Source: Octopus vulgaris (taxonomy: Eukaryota). From it: a stretch of 64,000 bases of DNA. A program made the translations under genes and the position numbers. Numbering within the stretch: position 1 is the first letter of the stretch; each line of letters begins with the position of its first letter. The DNA lies in NCBI GenBank assembly GCA_951406725.2, contig OX597838.1, forward strand, positions 42,408,001 through 42,472,000. Reading direction: 5' to 3'. Of this stretch, positions 1 to 12,883 are shown piece after piece. Under the pieces are notes generated by a model. That model was not told the origin of the DNA, made no database searches, and saw nothing but the letters and a program-made list of their open reading frames with translations.

Positions 1-951
1 TCTTCTATCATACTTTCAATTTTGGTCAACTTGCGCCGCAGGGTCTCAGAGGAGATAGTGTTAGTTCAAGGCTACCAAATATATATATAAAACTGAGAAT
101 GTCTGTCTGTTTCCCTAAAGCTTGAGAACTACACAACCAATTTCATTCAAATTTTACACATTGCCTTACTTAGGGTCCATGTAGTTTCATGGGCAAAAAA
201 ATGTTCAACTTCTTGCCTAGGGTGAGCTCATAGCAATATCATATCTTCTCCACTATTTCAGTATTACGTGTTAAAAGTGAAACAAAAACATTTCTCTATT
301 TTATGTCAGATGCTTTCACTTTAACAATAAAAATAATAATAACAATTGAATTATATGTAGTAAGTAATAATTAAAATCAAACTAAAGTATAATATAATCG
401 TAACATAACAAAAGTAAAAATAGCAATTGGTATAAAATTGCATCAATGACTTGAACTTGAATAAGTGGTTTCACATGAATGGGAATAAATTAAAAATAAA
501 ATTAGCGTGCAGAAATGGAATAGTCCAGATGGAGGTGTGCACATACTGTTTACCACGGCTTTTACATTAGATTATCTGCTAATTAGCTAGCATTAAGTAT
601 CTATATGAAGTTTAGCTGTATGTAATGTCTGTTTTCTCGAACAGCCGCTTCTACTGAGTACTGCTGTTGGTTTATTTCTTACACATAAAGGACTATAGCT
701 TCAACTGTGTACTGCTTTTTGATTCACCGTAAGATTTGTTGTTATTATTATTACTGTTTAACTATTGTTATCACGTTTGTTGGTTCCTCGTAAGGGAAAT
801 GTTGTTGTGTTGCATTTGTTAAATAATTGTAAACTGTAACCCTCCCCCTTTGGGAGAAGGAGCATTGGTTATCGTTTAAAAATAGAATTGTATCCCTGTT
901 TGGGGAAATTGACAATATTTTCACCATTTACACGGAAGCATTTTTGTTAGA

Positions 952-1500
952 ATGCCTTTGATAGAAGAAAGTCCAAAAATGAATTTCGCTGCAGCCATCG
1001 GCAGGCGCGAACTCATTAAAATTAAAATGGAAGAAATACAAACCTATTTTGGATTGATCACTGACAAAGACGGTGAATCTAGGATAACACCACCAAACGA
1101 AATAAAAAATTAAATTAAAGAAAAGACTGTTGTCTTTAAAGTATACAATGTAGAGAAAAAAAAAAGATTTGAACACCTGGAGGAAAGCATCATCGAAGTG
1201 TCTTGGTGCGACTATGAAAGATATCTAACCAGAGGCGGTAAATTCGCCACAATAGAAGCAAGGTTCGAGTCAACGGAGCATGCAAGGGAGTACTCGACTT
1301 GAACCTTGCGAAGTGGAAATATTTTATTTTTACCTTTATATCTGGGACGTAGGACGTCCCGGATAAAAATTAAAAATGTCCCCCCAGAAGTAGAGGTAGT
1401 CTGGATTGTAGCCACACTTCTATACAAGAGGGAGGACAAGATACAATTGATTGAAATTGCAAGAGACGGGCCTACAATTCCAGTTTGTTATATATTTTGA
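952..1500 (+). pseudogene. Degenerate reading frame resembling the N-terminal (RRM-like) half of an L1/Tx1-type LINE ORF1, inside the Helitron
   Basis: Frame +1 from ATG 952: MPLIEESPKMNFAAAIGRR...IKN*IKEKTVVFKVYN...YLTRGGKFATIEARFESTEHAREYST*TLRSGNILFLPLYLGRRTSRIKIKNVPPEVEVVWIVATLL. 183 codons with only two internal stops (1111, 1300). Confidence 0.5.
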
Positions 1501-1620
1501 GTATTGTTATCACTAGCGATATCAAGATATAACTTTGTATTTTGTATTTTATGTGTAGATGTATATATATAGATGTACATGTAATATGTACACATATATA
1601 CATGCACTAGCACTATGACC

Positions 1621-1722
1621 CGGCAACGACGGGTCATCGGCAACGATGGGTCATTGGCAACGACGGGTCATCGGCAACGACGGGTCATCGGCAACGACGG
1701 GTCATCGGCAACGACGGGTCAT
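1621..1722 (+). repeat. 17-bp tandem repeat x6 (CGGCAACGACGGGTCAT)
   Basis: Six consecutive units, two with a single C>T change, immediately before the terminal AACGCTAG. Confidence 0.95.
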
Positions 1723-1730
1723 AACGCTAG

Positions 1731-1762
<32 letters not shown>

Positions 1763-2531
1763 TACATATGTATACTTACACACACACACATATATATACA
1801 TATCATCATCATCATCATCATCATCATCATTGTTTAACGTTTGCCTTCTATAGTGGCATGGGTGGGGTCATTTGACAAGAGCTGGCCAGGTAAAGTAATA
1901 TACTTTATTAATAAAGCTCTGATGATTTGCAGCTTTATTAATAAAATATGTGTATTTATATATATATATATATATCCATAGTAATGGTAAAACAACAAAA
2001 GAATGAATGAGACCTCCATAGGTGTGGTTTGAACAGGCATGTGAGAAGCAAAGGGACACAGGTCTTTTTTTTTATGTATACTTATACACATAAGTATACA
2101 TGGAAGTGTTGGGGATAAGGGATTTGCAGTGCTGTTCATGGTATGTATTAATAATGTATTAATAAGAATGGTATGTATTAATAAGATGACAACATAGAGG
2201 AAGGGAGTAAAAGAATAAGGAGATGGAAAGAAAGAAGAAAAAAGAAGCATAAAAGTTCATAGTTCAACTTTCTGAAGTTATAGAAACCAGTGCATGAGTC
2301 CTTAGGTGCAATCCTGTGTAGATCCATGAGCATAAGTCCTTAGGTACAATTCTGCCTTGCCTTAATGTTTGATGTCCTGTTTAACGATTATATATCTGTT
2401 GCATCGGAAATCTGCAATGGCTCCATAACTACCGTGTCAGCTATAACCTTGGATCCCCAGTAAACCATTACATCATTTATTTAGCGTACCTAATCGTTTA
2501 GATCACCTGTGAACTAAACCCCCATACTTTG

Positions 2532-2586
<55 letters not shown>

Positions 2587-2629
2587 AACACACACACACA
2601 CACACACACACATGAGTGAGTAGACAAAC

Positions 2630-5123
2630 AAAAGAAAGGTACTCAACACATTTATTGGGAGTTACATGTATGGATCAAAGCAGTTTGATTCAGACTCCTT
2701 TTGGTACTCTGAGTTTCAAGTGTGTGGCTAGTCTTTGGCCATTGGGGTCTGAATGACAGTTCAATTGAAGAGAGTCAATGTTTAATACTGGACGTTAGCC
2801 TGTGATTGGTTGAAAAAGGTCACGCTGTATAGCAGCTTCATGTTGGTATTTCAGTGACAACAATTACTTGGAAAATTACTAGGAACAGGAAATTGATTGT
2901 GTCATGAACAGGAAATTGACTGTGTGATAGACAAGAAATCGGTCATTTGGTTGGGAGGAAGTAGGAAGGGGCAGTAGATGTGGGGGTATATACGTACATG
3001 TATATGCTCATATATCTGCATGTATGCATTTATACTTTTACGAGTATATATATGTGCTTAGATGTACATCTGTGCACGTGCATGCACACTCACACATACA
3101 CACACACACACACACAAAGGCTCACATGCACACACACGTGTGGACACATATGTACACACATACACACACACAAACATACACAAGTGTACATATATGCACA
3201 TTCACAGGTGCACATATATATGGGTGCACATGAGGACACACCCATGTCTGTGCATGCATATGTGTACTCACACACATAAGCACATGCACATATACTTGCA
3301 TGGTCATGCACAAGGGGTGATGTACAAGGGGTGAGAGTATTCAGGTAGACAAGCATGGAGAAGTGTTGGGGATAAGGGATTTGCGGTGCTGTTCATGGGA
3401 GTTAATTTCTGACAGTGACCTTGGTGCAGGCAATGCTAGGAGTGGCTGGCACTAAGGAGGTATATCCAGATTGTCAGCTGCCAGTGGCTTTAAATTTACC
3501 AGAAGGGTGGTCCTCTGGTGACAGCAATACGATACCTTATATTCCTCGTTGATGATACTGTGAGTTGGTAGATGATATGCAGTTTTGTGCAGAGGCACAG
3601 CTGGCAATTTGGGATGCCAGGTGAATATGGTGGCAGGATGTCATGCAGCCTCCAGAGAAAAAATGACAGGCGCGTAAAGTTCTCTCTGTTGCTGGATCTA
3701 AATGGATGAAAGTGTTGGGAGTACTTTCCCTTGAAGCCATTGGCTGTCATGCCCGTATAGTGCCTAGTAATGCCATCAGTTGATTTAAGGGTGACTCTGT
3801 AATTACAGCGCTTGAGAGACAGGATCCTCCTAGAGGGCAGGTGATAGGGTCTCAGAAGTGGCAGGTTGGGGTTGGGTGTTGTGTGGGTGCATTTTTATGT
3901 CTGTTGATGCATGCATGTTAGATGCAATGTTTAAAGCAGGAGTAACTTACCTTGACATTATGGGGGTTGAAGAGTTTGTAATGCTTATGGCCTCTGAGGA
4001 AATGTTTCTTTATTAACGGCAGTAAACCCCTGGCTACATTGGTAGAAACTTCTAGGTTAAATGGTGGTGGTGGTGGTGGTGGGGTTATCCAGATTATTTT
4101 CCTTTTCCTATAGGAGAGGGGTTTTGGCATTTTCCCACATATGTGAGGTTCTCAGAAAATCCGTTCCTAGCCAAAACATCATTGTAGTTGGGGGCAGCCC
4201 TATTAAAGATCTCCATGCTGGTTGAGAGTTTAGACACTCATTTCCTAATGCCTGGAACCAGGTTTCTAATTATTGTTGCTGGGGGTGGGGGTGGGGGTGA
4301 TTTGAGCTCTTGTGGATATTTACTGTTTCTCCATTAGGCTTCTTGTAGGGGTAGTATTTGCCAGTGTTCAGGCTTAAAGTTATGTCCAAGAAATCGACCA
4401 TAGTCAGGTTGGAAGTACAGTGATCCCTCGCTACTTCGCAGTTCAACTGTTGCGGATTTTTAATATATATATATATGAACACCTAAAATTTTTCATTAAA
4501 TCCATTAAAATATTAATAATAAATATTATTTCCTAGTCTAGGAACAACAAAACAAGCGCAAAATAGCAAAACAACATATACAGGGGGTATATGAACTTAA
4601 GACGGGCTGTGATTGGTGCATTGGAGAGAGACGACGAATCACAGCTTTCTATTTTGTAATCTAGCCTGTGATTGGTGCTTTGACCGATGCTCAGATCTGC
4701 AGCATCTTCACTTGTCTCTCTCTCGCGGCCATTTCGCTTCAAGCTTTCTCGCCAAATGGTTTACTGTACTACTTTACGCTGTGCTATGTGTGGTTTTTTT
4801 CTTGTTTCTTTGTGTTAAACTTTGCATTTTCATCCCCTGCAATGGCTCCTACACTTCTTTCGTGTTGAGTACAGTAACAATCTTTATTTTTTAAAAATCT
4901 AAAGTCCTTATTATTAATAGACTACTGTAATGGGTGGGTTGTTAATAGTACAGGGAGGGTTTTAAAAATCCAAATAGACTTTAAATAAATACTGTAAATA
5001 TGGTGTCCCTACTTCGCGGAAACTCAGTTATAGCAGCCGGTCTTGGAACCAATCTACCGTGATAAACAAGGGATCACTGTAACCATTATGGACAGACTGA
5101 ACTCTTTGAATAGTTTTATCAAG
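2630..5123 (-). mobile_element. Degenerate Penelope-like retroelement (RT C-terminus, linker, GIY-YIG region and 3' flank), interrupted by a MITE
   Basis: Minus-strand motifs LIKLFKEFSLSIMVT/SNLTMVDFLDITLSLNTGKYYPYKKPN..IHKSSNHP, RKRKIIW..PPFNLEVSTNVARGLL.LIKKHF..HKHYKLFNPHNVKVSYSC, YTGMTANGFKGKYSQH and CQLCLCTKLHII are typical PLE RT/GIY-YIG signatures. The left boundary is uncertain. Confidence 0.85.
4418..5079. mobile_element. Tigger/pogo-like (Tc1/mariner superfamily) MITE
   Basis: Terminal inverted repeats CAGTGATCCCT...AGGGATCACTG, with TA on both sides (4416-4417, 5080-5081). No coding capacity. Confidence 0.9.
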
Positions 5124-5527
5124 TATATATGTCTGTATATATATATATGTGTGTGTGTGTGTGTATGTATGTGTGTGTGTGTGTACATATATATATGTAT
5201 GTGTGTGTATATATATGTATATATATATATATGTGTATATATTAGCAACTGAGGTAGTATTAATTAATACCAAGAGGTGATATTTCTTGCCACTTAAATG
5301 TGAATGTTTGTTAGAACAAGCACTGGTGTTATTATGATTAGCATATGAACTTATAGAAAATATATATATTAGCAACAGATGCAATATACCGAGAGGTAAT
5401 ATTTCTTCCCACCGGTACATGGATGTTCTGTTAGAACAAACTATACTGTGGTAGATACCATGAGGGAAACTCACATTTGGTGCAAATATATATACATATA
5501 TATATACATATATATATTTACTCTCTC

Positions 5528-5920
5528 TCATTTACTCATTTACTTGTTTCAGTCATTTGACTGTGGCCAAGCTGGAGCACCACCTTTAGTCGAGGAAATC
5601 GACCCCAGGACTTATTCTTTGTAAGCCTAGTACTTATTCTATTGGTCTCTTTTACCGAACCGCTAAGTTACAGGGACGTAAACACACCAGCATCGGTTGT
5701 CAAGCGATGTTGGGGGGATAAACACAACACACAAACATACACATATATATATACATATATACAACGGGCTTCTTTCAGTTTCCGTCTACCAAATCCACTC
5801 ACAAAGCTTTGGACGGCCTGAGGCTATAGTAGAAGACACTTGCCCAAGGTGCCACGCAGTGGGACTGAACCTGGAACCATGTGGTTCGTAAGCAAGCTAC
5901 TTACCACACAACCACTCCTA
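5528..5920 (-). mobile_element. tRNA-derived CORE-like SINE, family A with tail type 1, full length
   Basis: Minus strand: tRNA-like head with A/B boxes, CORE-like CACCTTGGGCAAGTG, internal (TG/TA)n, tail ending ATGACTGAAACAAGTAAA. Many copies in the window. Confidence 0.85.
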
Positions 5921-5951
<31 letters not shown>

Positions 5952-6803
5952 GAACACATGTATGTATAAGTGCATACAGCCATGTATATAATAGCTGAGT
6001 TGAGTTACGGCCCTTTCAACAACACATTAGACCTATTACCTAACATCCCTAAAACCACTCATGCTTTTTGTTGAAACATATGTAATTCATCCTTTTGGAA
6101 ATGACATCAATCCCACAGGCATTGCTTTTTTTACTCTTTTAAACATCTGAAACTGACGTAACAGATTTGTCATTTATATAGACAAGGATGGGAAGTGAGT
6201 CAGTAAATTACGTATTTTTCCGTGTGTTTGTGTGTGAAAGAAAATAAAAAAAATTTACAATGTAACTCCATTTATGTGACTAATAAGCTAAATGCTTTTT
6301 AATATGAAAAAATATAAAAGAACAAATTTGTTTGTAAAAGTTAGAAGCAGTCCATTCCCTCCAAACTGTGCTGTCCTTGTCCCACTTACAAGAGCAGAAG
6401 CAATGCATTAGCATCTATTGGTAGAAACATTACTGCACTGACTGGCAGCAAATGTTGTTGCTCACACAAGATTTGGGTCAGCTCTGGGATTTTTCTTTCT
6501 TTCTTTTCTTTTTCTTTTTCTTCTTTTTTTTTTTTTGTCTTTTGGATGAATTTGTGAAGTTAAAGTAACAACAAAGCCAAACAATGAAATCAACAAAAAT
6601 TCCATAGGAAAATACCATTTGTTTCAAGTAAAAGAAACCCATATTAAAGGCAAATGTTTAAAAATTACCATTTATATCAAAATGGAATACATAACTTACA
6701 GAGGTAATAAAACAGTCGTGTAATTCAAATAGTGAGATGCTTCAGTATTGTCTGTATGAACAAATGTTTCTATTTCTCCCCCTTCTCTCTCTCTCTCTCA
6801 TGT

Positions 6804-6842
<39 letters not shown>

Positions 6843-6999
6843 GGGCTGGCATTGTTGAGAAGTTAAAAGGTTCACTTCCCAACCACAAGTTCCAGGGTTC
6901 AAAAAAAAAAAAGAATAGAGAACCATAAATCCCCAAGTATAGATGCCATCAGTGCTACAGAAGTATAAAAACCAGAAGGAGGGCTCATAGTTAATATGT

Positions 7000-8110
7000 T
7001 AGAGGTAATGCTTAAGATAGCGTGAGAAAGCAAAAGGACTCCAAAACTCCAGACCCATACACCTCCTCTTTTCCCAATTTATGAAAAGGGTGACAAAGCA
7101 AAAATTAAAAGGCAATTTCTTTATTGTCAATAGCAGCGAAAGTGTTTTATAGAATTCTCAGTTGACAGAAAAGCAAGGAAAACCAAAGAAGCAACAGGAA
7201 AGAGAGCCAGTTTGGTTTTAGAATTAATAGAGGTACAGTTGATGCCATTTTTATAGTCAGACAGGTTGTTGGAAAGTATATAACACAAAAAAAACATTGA
7301 GTTCCCTAACACATCTCCTTCATTGACTTTGGCACAGTCTGGGAGGCAAACCCTACTGCTATGGAAGATGATGATTGCAATTAATGGAGACCCCATGATA
7401 GTGTAGATTATACAGTCACTCTGCTACAATACCAAGTATACTGTGACTATGGATGGCCAGGTGAAGGATTGGTATGAAATGCACATGGGTCTGAGATAAG
7501 GCTATATATATAAACCTCTACCCTTTTCAACATCTCCCTGAAATTTGTCATGAGACAACTCAAAAATCTGTGTAAAAATCTGGCATTTACTAGCCACCTC
7601 TCCATGAACATTAAATGTGCTGCTGATGGTACACCCCCAATATCCATGGTCTTTGATAAATTGAAAATGATCCATTGGATGAAGCGTGTAAAAAAAAATG
7701 GGATACAAAAATAACTGGTAAAGAATACAAGATTCTGTCAGCTAGAAAATGAAAATGGTTCTGAAGTAGAATATGTCACAATTTTTGTTGCTTAGAAATA
7801 TAATACGAAATGGATCAGGGAATGTGAAAAATCAGTTCATACAAGCTTTTATGGTATTTGAAGATTAAGAAATATAATCTGAAACAGGCCAGATATCAGC
7901 CAGCAGCTCAGAGTTAAACTGTACAACGCCCTTAGTCTTTCCACTGCAATCTGTGTCATAAAGATGAAACTTTAAATCTGAAGACACACTCAGATGAGAA
8001 ATTTTGAAATGCAGTCTTTGCTTAATTTATTAAGGGATATCACTATGAGATATATCACTATATTAAGGGATATCACTATGAGACAGGCACAAAAGGCACT
8101 GAGCAGACAG
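7000..8110 (+). pseudogene. Highly decayed RTE-like LINE reverse transcriptase fragment
   Basis: ESQFGFRINRGTVDAIFIVRQVVGK from 7202, then ISFIDF, LWKMMIA, STLFNISLKFVMR and NIKCAADGT (YADD remnant), with many stops and frameshifts. Confidence 0.75.
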
Positions 8111-8446
8111 AACAATTATTGTTGAAAAGAAATGCATTATACATGTATGAACATTTGTATACAATTGCGTATGCAATATATAAATACACTTTTTGTCTTT
8201 GTTCTTCTGTCTTGTGGTCATTTATCATTATCCTCCCAGTTCACCTTGTTCACAACCTGTCATTTTGCTATATATATGTGTGTGTGTTTGTGCTTGTACT
8301 TATAGATTTTATATATACATATATATCATGTAAATCATATATTATATATATTGATAAATATAGATATAGATATTGTATATATGTATGCATGTATACTATA
8401 TATATGTATATATACATATTTATTATATATATATATATATATATCT

Positions 8447-8636
8447 TTTATTCTTTTACTTGTTTCAATCATTTGACTACGGCCTTTAGTCGAGCAAATC
8501 AACTCCAGGACTTATTCTTTGTAAGCCTAGTACTTATACTATTGGTCACTTTGGCCGAACCGCTAAGTTAAGGGGACGTAAACACACCAGCATCGGTTGT
8601 CAAGTGATGTTTTGGGGACAAACAAAGACACACAAT

Positions 8637-8676
<40 letters not shown>

Positions 8677-8835
8677 CGATGGGCTTCTTTCAGTTTCCAT
8701 CTACCAAATCCACTCACAAGGCTGTGGTTGGCCCGTGGCTATAGTAAAAGACACTTGCCCAAGGTGCCATGCAGTGGGACTGAACACTGAACCATGTGGC
8801 TGGTAAGCAAGCTACTTACAACACAGCCACTCCTG
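8447..8835 (-). mobile_element. SINE family A, tail type 1
   Basis: Colinear with 5528-5920. Confidence 0.85.
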
Positions 8836-8842
8836 TATGTAA

Positions 8843-9230
8843 TATGTGTGTGTATGTATACATATGTATGTATGTGTGTGTATGTATGTGTGTATGTGTG
8901 TATGTGTGTATGTATGTATGTATGTATGTGTGTGTATGTGTGTATGTATGTATATGTGTGTGTATGTGTGTATGTGTGTATGTATGTATTTATGTATGTA
9001 CGTGTGTGTATGTGTGTGTGTATGTGTGTGTATGTGTGTATGTGTGTGTGTATGTATGTATGTATGTATGTATGTATGTATGTATGTATGTATGTATGTA
9101 TGTATGTATGTATGTATGTATGTATGTATGTATGTATGTATGTGTGTATGTATGTATATGTATGTGTGTATGTGTGTATGTATGTATGTATGTATGTATG
9201 TATGTGTGTATGTATGTATGTATGTATGTA
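8843..9230. repeat. Compound (TATG)n/(TG)n microsatellite
   Basis: Seen directly; about 390 bp. Confidence 0.95.
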
Positions 9231-9770
9231 TATTTATCAGCAGATGCTGCTATAAATGTTTTCCTGATGAATTGTAACTCCAGATATTTCACTTTAAATA
9301 ACTCGGCAACCAGCAGTAAGAACCAATCAATCAAAGCCATTTCAACATGTGGAATACGTCTGCTATACTGCAGCTAATCTATTAAATCATTACTTGGCTA
9401 TCAAAATTTTAAAGATCAATATAAGATATGTTATTGAATTGAATTTCAAAACTGTACAGTTTTATTTTATTGATTAAGCTTCAATCAAGATGAAAGAAAT
9501 GACACGATACTAAATATGGTGATTTTTCATCAATAATTGAGTCTTTCTTTAGTGATTGCCAGAGGACATATGTAGGTGTGAAGGCCATTAGGTAGGTAAG
9601 GTGTTGGTTGGCAATCTGGTTCCATGTTTTGGTTCACTATGTAATTACATGGAATGGATCAGTGCTATATTCTTCTTATTTCACAATAATTTTAAAAGCT
9701 GCCTCTTCATTAGTTTTTCAAATTGATGATGAAAGCTATAGTGAATAACACATTTACATTTACAATCTTC

Positions 9771-9801
<31 letters not shown>

Positions 9802-10469
9802 CTCCTCCTCCTCCTCCTCCATCCCCATCCCCCACCTCCTCCTCCACCCTTCTCTCCCCACCCCCTCTTTCTCAGCTAAATATTACATAACATAAAAAAA
9901 TCAATCAGGTTTTACCATATTACAAATTCTGTTTTTAGATGATTGTGTTAATTTTTTTTTTTACTTTGGTTTAATCCAAATGACATTAGTAAATACGAAA
10001 CATTTAATTTCCCCTTGATAATTACAAGAAGATAATTAGAATTATCAATGAAACAAACTGATGAGACTGAGCTTGTCTTACATTTAAATGAAATCATTTA
10101 CAGACAAATAAATAGGCAGAAATCTGATCATGTTTATGGCAGTAATTTTAGTCCTTTTGTTACATTCTTTTCAACCCCAAGATCCCCAAGACGAGTCTGT
10201 TACTAACAAAGAGAAAGAATAGTACTTGAGTAAGAATAGATGGTCATCATGGAATATTTTCTAATTGCAAAAGTAAGATGATGGTCAGGAGTTTATAAAA
10301 TGTTTTGATAAGTCTACCAGAAAGATAGCAAAAACTTGAAAGAAAACTGCAAGCAGAAAGCTTGAGGCAGCCATCGGGAAATAATGATTAGTTGATTTGA
10401 CTAATTTTGTCATCATTGTCGTTGCTGTTGTTACTGTTGTCATCTTCATCATTATCATCACCATCATAT

Positions 10470-11973
10470 AGGCACAGGCATGGCTGTGTAGTAAGAAGCT
10501 TACTTCTCAACCACATGGTTCTAGGTTCAGTTCCAATGCATGGCACCTTGGGCAAGTGTCTTATAGTCTTGTGCTGACCAAAGCCTTGTGAGTAGACTTG
10601 GTATGCAGAAACTGAAAAGAAGCCTATTGTGTGTGCGTGCGTGTGTGTGTGTGTTTCCTAAAATGGTTAAGAGGGATATATATAATCCTAGCAGATACCA
10701 TGTTCACTCTTATCAATTAATGTAAGTAAACTCCAGTTAGTTAAAACTGCTATACTCAGTTAATCCTCACTTTGGTAAATCCAGATGTCTTTATAAAGAC
10801 TGCATATTGTCGGTAGAGAAGAAATAATAAATGTGTAAATCTCTATTCTCCTGATCTTTATTAATGTGTGTGTGTGTTTGTCCCCTACCACCACTTGATA
10901 ACCAGTGTTGGTGTATTTATGTCCCTGTTACTTATGAGTTTAGCAAAAGAGAATAAGTACTAGGCTTAAAAAAGAAAATACGAGGTGTGTTAAAAAATAT
11001 CTGACTTTATTTTTTCCTGCCAAAACTTATGCCATAAGAGCAATATATTTCGATGAGAGGTGAGGTTACCCTTTCTGTTTCATGCATGAAAATTCTCATG
11101 TCAGTAGGCCGCATCAGTTCCTGGCTGTTACGCTTAGAGTACAGACATGTAGTCTGCATCCTCACTGGACTTTCTTTTTCACCAAACGCATTGAGCAGAG
11201 ATATTGCATCAGTTTTGCCAAAAGTTTGGTGATACTCAAGCTGAAACTATCCAGAAAATTCAGCAGGCCTTGGGTGATGACACCATGGGCAAAACTCTGA
11301 TCAAGGAGTGGTACAACCACTTCAAACTTGGCTGCTTCTCAATGGAGAGTGAGGCATGCTTAGGAAAGCCATCGACAAGCTGAATGAGGAGGCAGTTGAG
11401 AAGCTTCGATGAACAGTCATGGAAGACTGTCGTGTAACAATCCAAGAAATTGCTTACAAAGTGGGAATATGCACAGGAACAGTGCTTTCCATTTGGAGGG
11501 AGGATTTGTGCATGCGGAGAGTGTCAGTAAAATTCATCTCCAAGGTGCTGGCAGAGCAGCAGAAGCAACTCTGCATGGAAATCATTCAGGACATGCTGGA
11601 TTGTGCAAACCATAACCCAGACTTCATGAAGACCATCATCACTAGTGATCATATATGGGTTTATGGTCTCTGCTCAATGCATTTGGTCGTCTTGCATGAA
11701 AACGAAAATCTAACAAGTGTGCACTACATGTCTGTAGTCTAGGCACAACAGCTAGAAACTGACATAGCCTACTGGTACAAAATGCAGGAACGGTGGCGTC
11801 ACTTCTCACTCAAAGGATTTTGCCCATGTGACATTAATTTTGATAGAAAAATATAAAGTTGGATACTTTTTGAGTGCACCTTGTAAGTACTGGAATCAAT
11901 TTATTTTACTAAAAATTCTTCAAAGCAATGCCCCAACATGGCCACAGTCAAATGACTGAAACAAGTAAAAGAG
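10470..11973 (+). mobile_element. SINE family A copy split into three pieces (10470-10654, 10865-10980, 11884-11973)
   Basis: Head, middle and tail segments are colinear with intact copies once the two inserts are removed. Confidence 0.8.
10981..11883 (+). mobile_element. Internally deleted mariner transposon
   Basis: Imperfect TIRs CGAGGTGTGTTAAAAAATATCTGACTTTA / TAAAGTTGGATACTTTTTGAGTGCACCTTG, TA TSD. Transposase remnants IEQRYCISF..GDTQAETIQKIQQALGDD..EWYNHFK and EDCRVTIQEIA..MRRVSVKFISKVL..IITSDHIWVYG; the catalytic domain after the first D is missing. Confidence 0.9.
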
Positions 11974-11979
11974 CTTTAT

Positions 11980-12600
11980 CTTTTAACACTTGTCTTCCAT
12001 ACTGGCTTAAGATGGACAGGTCAACAGGATCCAATGAGCTAGAAGACTCTATTGTGCTCTGGTGTCTGTTTTGCTATGGTTTTTACAGCAAGATGCCATT
12101 CTAATGTGAACTACCACACAGAGTTTATTGAGTGTCTTTTTTTGTCATGGCACCAACACTAGTGAGGTTGTGATGTAACTTACAAGATTAAAAAGCTCCC
12201 TTCAATTGAATAGAAATATAGTAGAGATAGAAGCAGGTTTGGTCTTGTGTTGGGTGGTTAATATGTGAAAGGTGGGATGGGAACAGGTTTGTTGCTGTAG
12301 AAGAGATACATGGCTACCTCACATTATATAAGGAAGAGTGAATGGGAGTGGAAATAGAAAGAGAGATAAAGATGTGTGCTCTCAAAGTACAATAAAGTGA
12401 ATAAAAGGGACAGTAGGGACAGAGGGTCAAAGAAGGGTGGACTGGGTGGGGCTGCAAGAATCTGTGTTTAGAGTGAGAGATGGCTAGAGACGAGGTAGGT
12501 GTGGAGTTAGATATAGTGAATGGTGACAACGTGTAGAGGAGTGGTCCATGGTAAATGTGATTTGGAGGGAAGATAATAATAGTTATTTATGGACCTTTTG
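11980..12600 (-). mobile_element. Old RTE-related 3' UTR fragment
   Basis: Similar to the 3' UTR/tail of the RTE at 34623-36710, followed by a purine-rich tract as in 29560-30465. Confidence 0.55.
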
Positions 12601-12745
12601 AGTGAGATGGGTTACTTGATCTGAAGAAAAATTTAACTGGGCCCCACCTGGAAAGTCATGTGTTATTTATCTTGATGTGAGATCACCATGTTGCACATGT
12701 ATGGTTGTGATGCATGTGCCTGGTGTATCCTTATCAGATGGGTAG

Positions 12746-12883
12746 TTAGGAAGGGCATCCAGCCGTAGAAACATTGCTAGATTAGACTGGGCCTGGTGCA
12801 GCCTTCTGGCTTCCCAGACCCCAGTTGAACTGTCCAACCCATGCTAACATGGAAAGCGGACGCTAAATGATGATGATGATGAT
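12746..12883 (+). mobile_element. 5'-truncated RTE LINE 3' end with (GAT)n tail
   Basis: Near-identical to the reverse complement of about 34630-34768, and flanked by a 67-bp direct repeat. Confidence 0.85.

Larger units (their letters stand above)
80..1730 (+). mobile_element. Non-autonomous Helitron (about 1.65 kb)
   Basis: 5' region TATATATAAAACTG...GTCTGTCTGT resembles the 5' ends of the other Helitrons in this window, although the terminal TC is not visible. 3' end has hairpin ATGACCCG-gcaacga-CGGGTCAT (1615-1637) and terminal CTAG (1727-1730) followed by T. No TSD. Confidence 0.75.

Noticed and set aside
1621-1722. 17-bp repeats as a CRISPR or iteron array
   Set aside because: No spacers; explained as a Helitron terminator expansion.
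8794-9377. Long Cys/Val/Tyr/Met or His/Thr ORFs here and at about 3000, 16100, 42400, 52200, 61300 and 62600
   Set aside because: Translations of (CA)n, (TA)n and (TATG)n microsatellites.
9553-9595. Possible micro-exon (ctttag...gtaggt/gtaagg)
   Set aside because: No recognisable coding similarity to an ankyrin protein; splice-like motifs are common by chance.
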